Assembly: GCA_964455095.1 (NCBI GenBank)
Contig: CAYVUV010000191.1
Location: 3,939 to 67,938, forward strand
DNA: 64,000 nucleotides
Direction: 5' to 3'
From: an uncultured Candidatus Binatia bacterium
GTDB taxonomy: Bacteria > Desulfobacterota > Binatia > HRBIN30 > CADEER01
Shown here: piece by piece, positions 62,539 through 64,000 of the stretch
How positions within the stretch are numbered: position 1 is the first letter of the stretch
How the letters are laid out: each line of letters begins with the position of its first letter
Made by a program: the position numbers and the translations under genes
The notes under the pieces: model-generated
Told to the model about the DNA's origin: nothing
Databases searched by the model: none
The model's input: only the letters and a program-made list of their open reading frames with translations

Positions 62539-63330
62539 ATGGCGAAAGTCAGTCTCACTGCCGCGCTGCGCGCCGAATACGAGACGCTGTTCAACACATG
62601 CGTAATCCGGTCCAACCGGGCGGGCAGCGTCCAGTCGCTGGTCAACAAACTGCTCGGAAACAGAGGTCGGTACGAGAGCGTGCAAGACGCCTCCGGCGTG
62701 CCGTGGTACTTCGTTGCGGTCGTCCACAACATGGAGGCCAGCCAGAGTTTCAAAGGGCACCTCCACAACGGCGACCCGCTCACGGCGCGCACGGTGCAGG
62801 TGCCCGCAGGGCGACCAAAGAGCGGGTCACCTCCATTCAAGTGGGAGTTCAGCGCGGCCGACGCGCTGGCGTACGAGGGGCTGAGCTCTGCGTCCGACTG
62901 GACCCTGGCCGGCACCCTCTACAACCTGGAGCGGTTCAACGGATGGGGCTACCGATTGAGTCATCCGCACACGTTGTCGCCATATCTCTGGAGCTTCTCC
63001 AATCACTACACGAGCGGGAAGTATGTGAAGGACGGGGTTTGGTCCGATTCGGCGGTCTCCGATCAATGTGGTGCGGCCGTGCTGCTTCGACGGTTTGCCG
63101 AGCTCGGCGAGGCGACGCTCACTGGCCCCGTCAGTTCCGGTCCTACCGTTCCGTCGTACTCCGTGTCGAAGTCGAAGAACCCTGCGGTCGTGGCGCAGGT
63201 CGAGGAGCTGCAACGGTGGCTGAGTACCTTTCCCAACATTTTTCTCAAGGTCGACGGCGTGCCGGGGCCGCATACGTCGGACGCTTACGAGCAGGTCACG
63301 GGCCATCGCCTGCCTGGTGACCCACGGTGA
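62539..63330 (+). CDS. Lysozyme-family (COG5526-like) protein with a C-terminal peptidoglycan-binding domain
   Basis: The ATG at 62539 follows GAGGAGAA. The central region reads HNGDPL...LYNLERFNGWGYR. The C-terminal region VEELQRWLS...LKVDGVPGPHTSDAYEQVTG resembles a PG_binding_1 repeat. The family assignment is from memory. Confidence 0.65.
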   Translation: MAKVSLTAALRAEYETLFNTCVIRSNRAGSVQSLVNKLLGNRGRYESVQDASGVPWYFVAVVHNMEASQSFKGHLHNGDPLTARTVQVPAGRPKSGSPPFKWEFSAADALAYEGLSSASDWTLAGTLYNLERFNGWGYRLSHPHTLSPYLWSFSNHYTSGKYVKDGVWSDSAVSDQCGAAVLLRRFAELGEATLTGPVSSGPTVPSYSVSKSKNPAVVAQVEELQRWLSTFPNIFLKVDGVPGPHTSDAYEQVTGHRLPGDPR

Positions 63331-63408
63331 CAGGTGCGAGCGGGGAGGCGTCGGTGAGTGTCTGGGCGGGTTGCGCCTTCCCGAAGGAAGGGCCCTTCCG
63401 CGCTCGGT

Positions 63409-64000
63409 TCATTCGATGGCGACGACATCGCGCGGGGGCGGTGCGGTAAGATCGAGCCCGGAGCCGAACCATGGCTGCAGGGCGGCGCCCGCGTAGCGGT
63501 AACCGCCGGTGACCGGGTCGGACGCCATCAGCAGCGGCGTGTCGAGGTCGAGCGCTTCGATGCCGCCGAGACCGAGCACGATGGCAAACGAGCAGCCCAT
63601 CGCGATGCGCGTCTCGAGCATGCCGCCGATCATCAGGCGGATGCCGGCGCCGCGCGCGAAGTGGGCGATGGCGAGCGTTTCGAGCAGGCCGCTCTTGGTG
63701 ATCTTGAGGTTGATGAAGTCGACGGCGTCGAGACGCGCCACGGCGCGGGCGTCGGCGAGCGAGCCGACCGATTCATCGGCGGCGATCGGGATGGTCAACG
63801 CGCGGCGCAGCGCGGCGAGGCTCTCGAGATCGTCCTTCGCCACCGGCTGCTCGAAGATGCGCACGTCGCACCCCGCCCGCGCCGCCTCGCGCGCGAAGCG
63901 CTCGGCGTCGGCGCGCGAGAACCCTTGATTGGCATCGGCGACGAACGCGATGCCAGGGAGCGCGGCGCTGATCGCGGCCAGCCGGCGCACGTCTTCGACC
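63409..64000 (-). CDS. Enolase-superfamily dipeptide epimerase (L-Ala-D/L-Glu epimerase-like), C-terminal part; gene continues beyond the window end
   Basis: Metal-ligand and catalytic contexts are DANQGF, FEQPV, AADES and NLKITKSGL, plus the C-terminal LDLDTPL. Confidence 0.85.
   Translation of the reverse strand, partial: VEDVRRLAAISAALPGIAFVADANQGFSRADAERFAREAARAGCDVRIFEQPVAKDDLESLAALRRALTIPIAADESVGSLADARAVARLDAVDFINLKITKSGLLETLAIAHFARGAGIRLMIGGMLETRIAMGCSFAIVLGLGGIEALDLDTPLLMASDPVTGGYRYAGAALQPWFGSGLDLTAPPPRDVVAIE

Overview
This is a GC-rich bacterial chromosomal window; by eye it is roughly two-thirds G+C, which I did not compute. It covers the replication-origin neighbourhood. gyrA (5' part), gyrB, dnaN and dnaA all lie on the minus strand. 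Gene orientation switches at about 7.35-7.64 kb, and hemL, a partial F0 ATP-synthase operon (atpZ-atpI-atpB-atpE) and an orphan parB follow on the plus strand. I support about 55 CDS. I recognised no rRNA, tRNA, CRISPR array, integrase or transposase. Most of the window is housekeeping: leuCD, bioB, prfB with its programmed +1 frameshift, ybeY, phoH, alaS, and a pgpA-cinA-thpR-recA operon. There is also a heavy load of acyl-CoA and redox enzymes: two acyl-CoA dehydrogenases, a thiolase, a PaaI thioesterase, an MmgE/PrpD protein, an LLM oxidoreductase, a Zn-ADH and a GGT-family protein. A MYXO-CTERM-like sorting tail, 8-Cys repeat modules and the split atp operon suggest a Myxococcota-, Desulfobacterota- or Binatota-like lineage; this is inference only. 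I found no compact multi-gene cluster that I can defend as a new system. The items most worth a second look are these. (1) Three cyclic-nucleotide modules in unusual fusions: an RND/MMPL exporter with a C-terminal cNMP-binding domain, a zinc-ribbon/class III cyclase/STAND-ATPase/TPR protein with Gln at the adenine-specifying Lys position, and a cNMP-binding DUF1003 membrane protein. The last sits in a visibly lower-GC islet beside a lysozyme-like, peptidoglycan-binding protein, behind a long leader that holds a 23-nt perfect palindrome. (2) A secreted FG-GAP/VCBS protein carrying five 8-Cys modules and a MYXO-CTERM-like tail. (3) An S8 protease with Cys-rich insertions and an uncharacterised Cys-rich C-terminal domain. 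(4) A DEDDh-exonuclease/GIY-YIG fusion. (5) The origin-region DNA signals. (6) Twin REP-like hairpins between gyrB and gyrA. (7) A small basic HTH/coiled-coil-like ORF at the head of the recA operon and a PilT-like ATPase between recA and alaS. All functional calls come from reading the translated ORFs and from motif recall. No database search was run.
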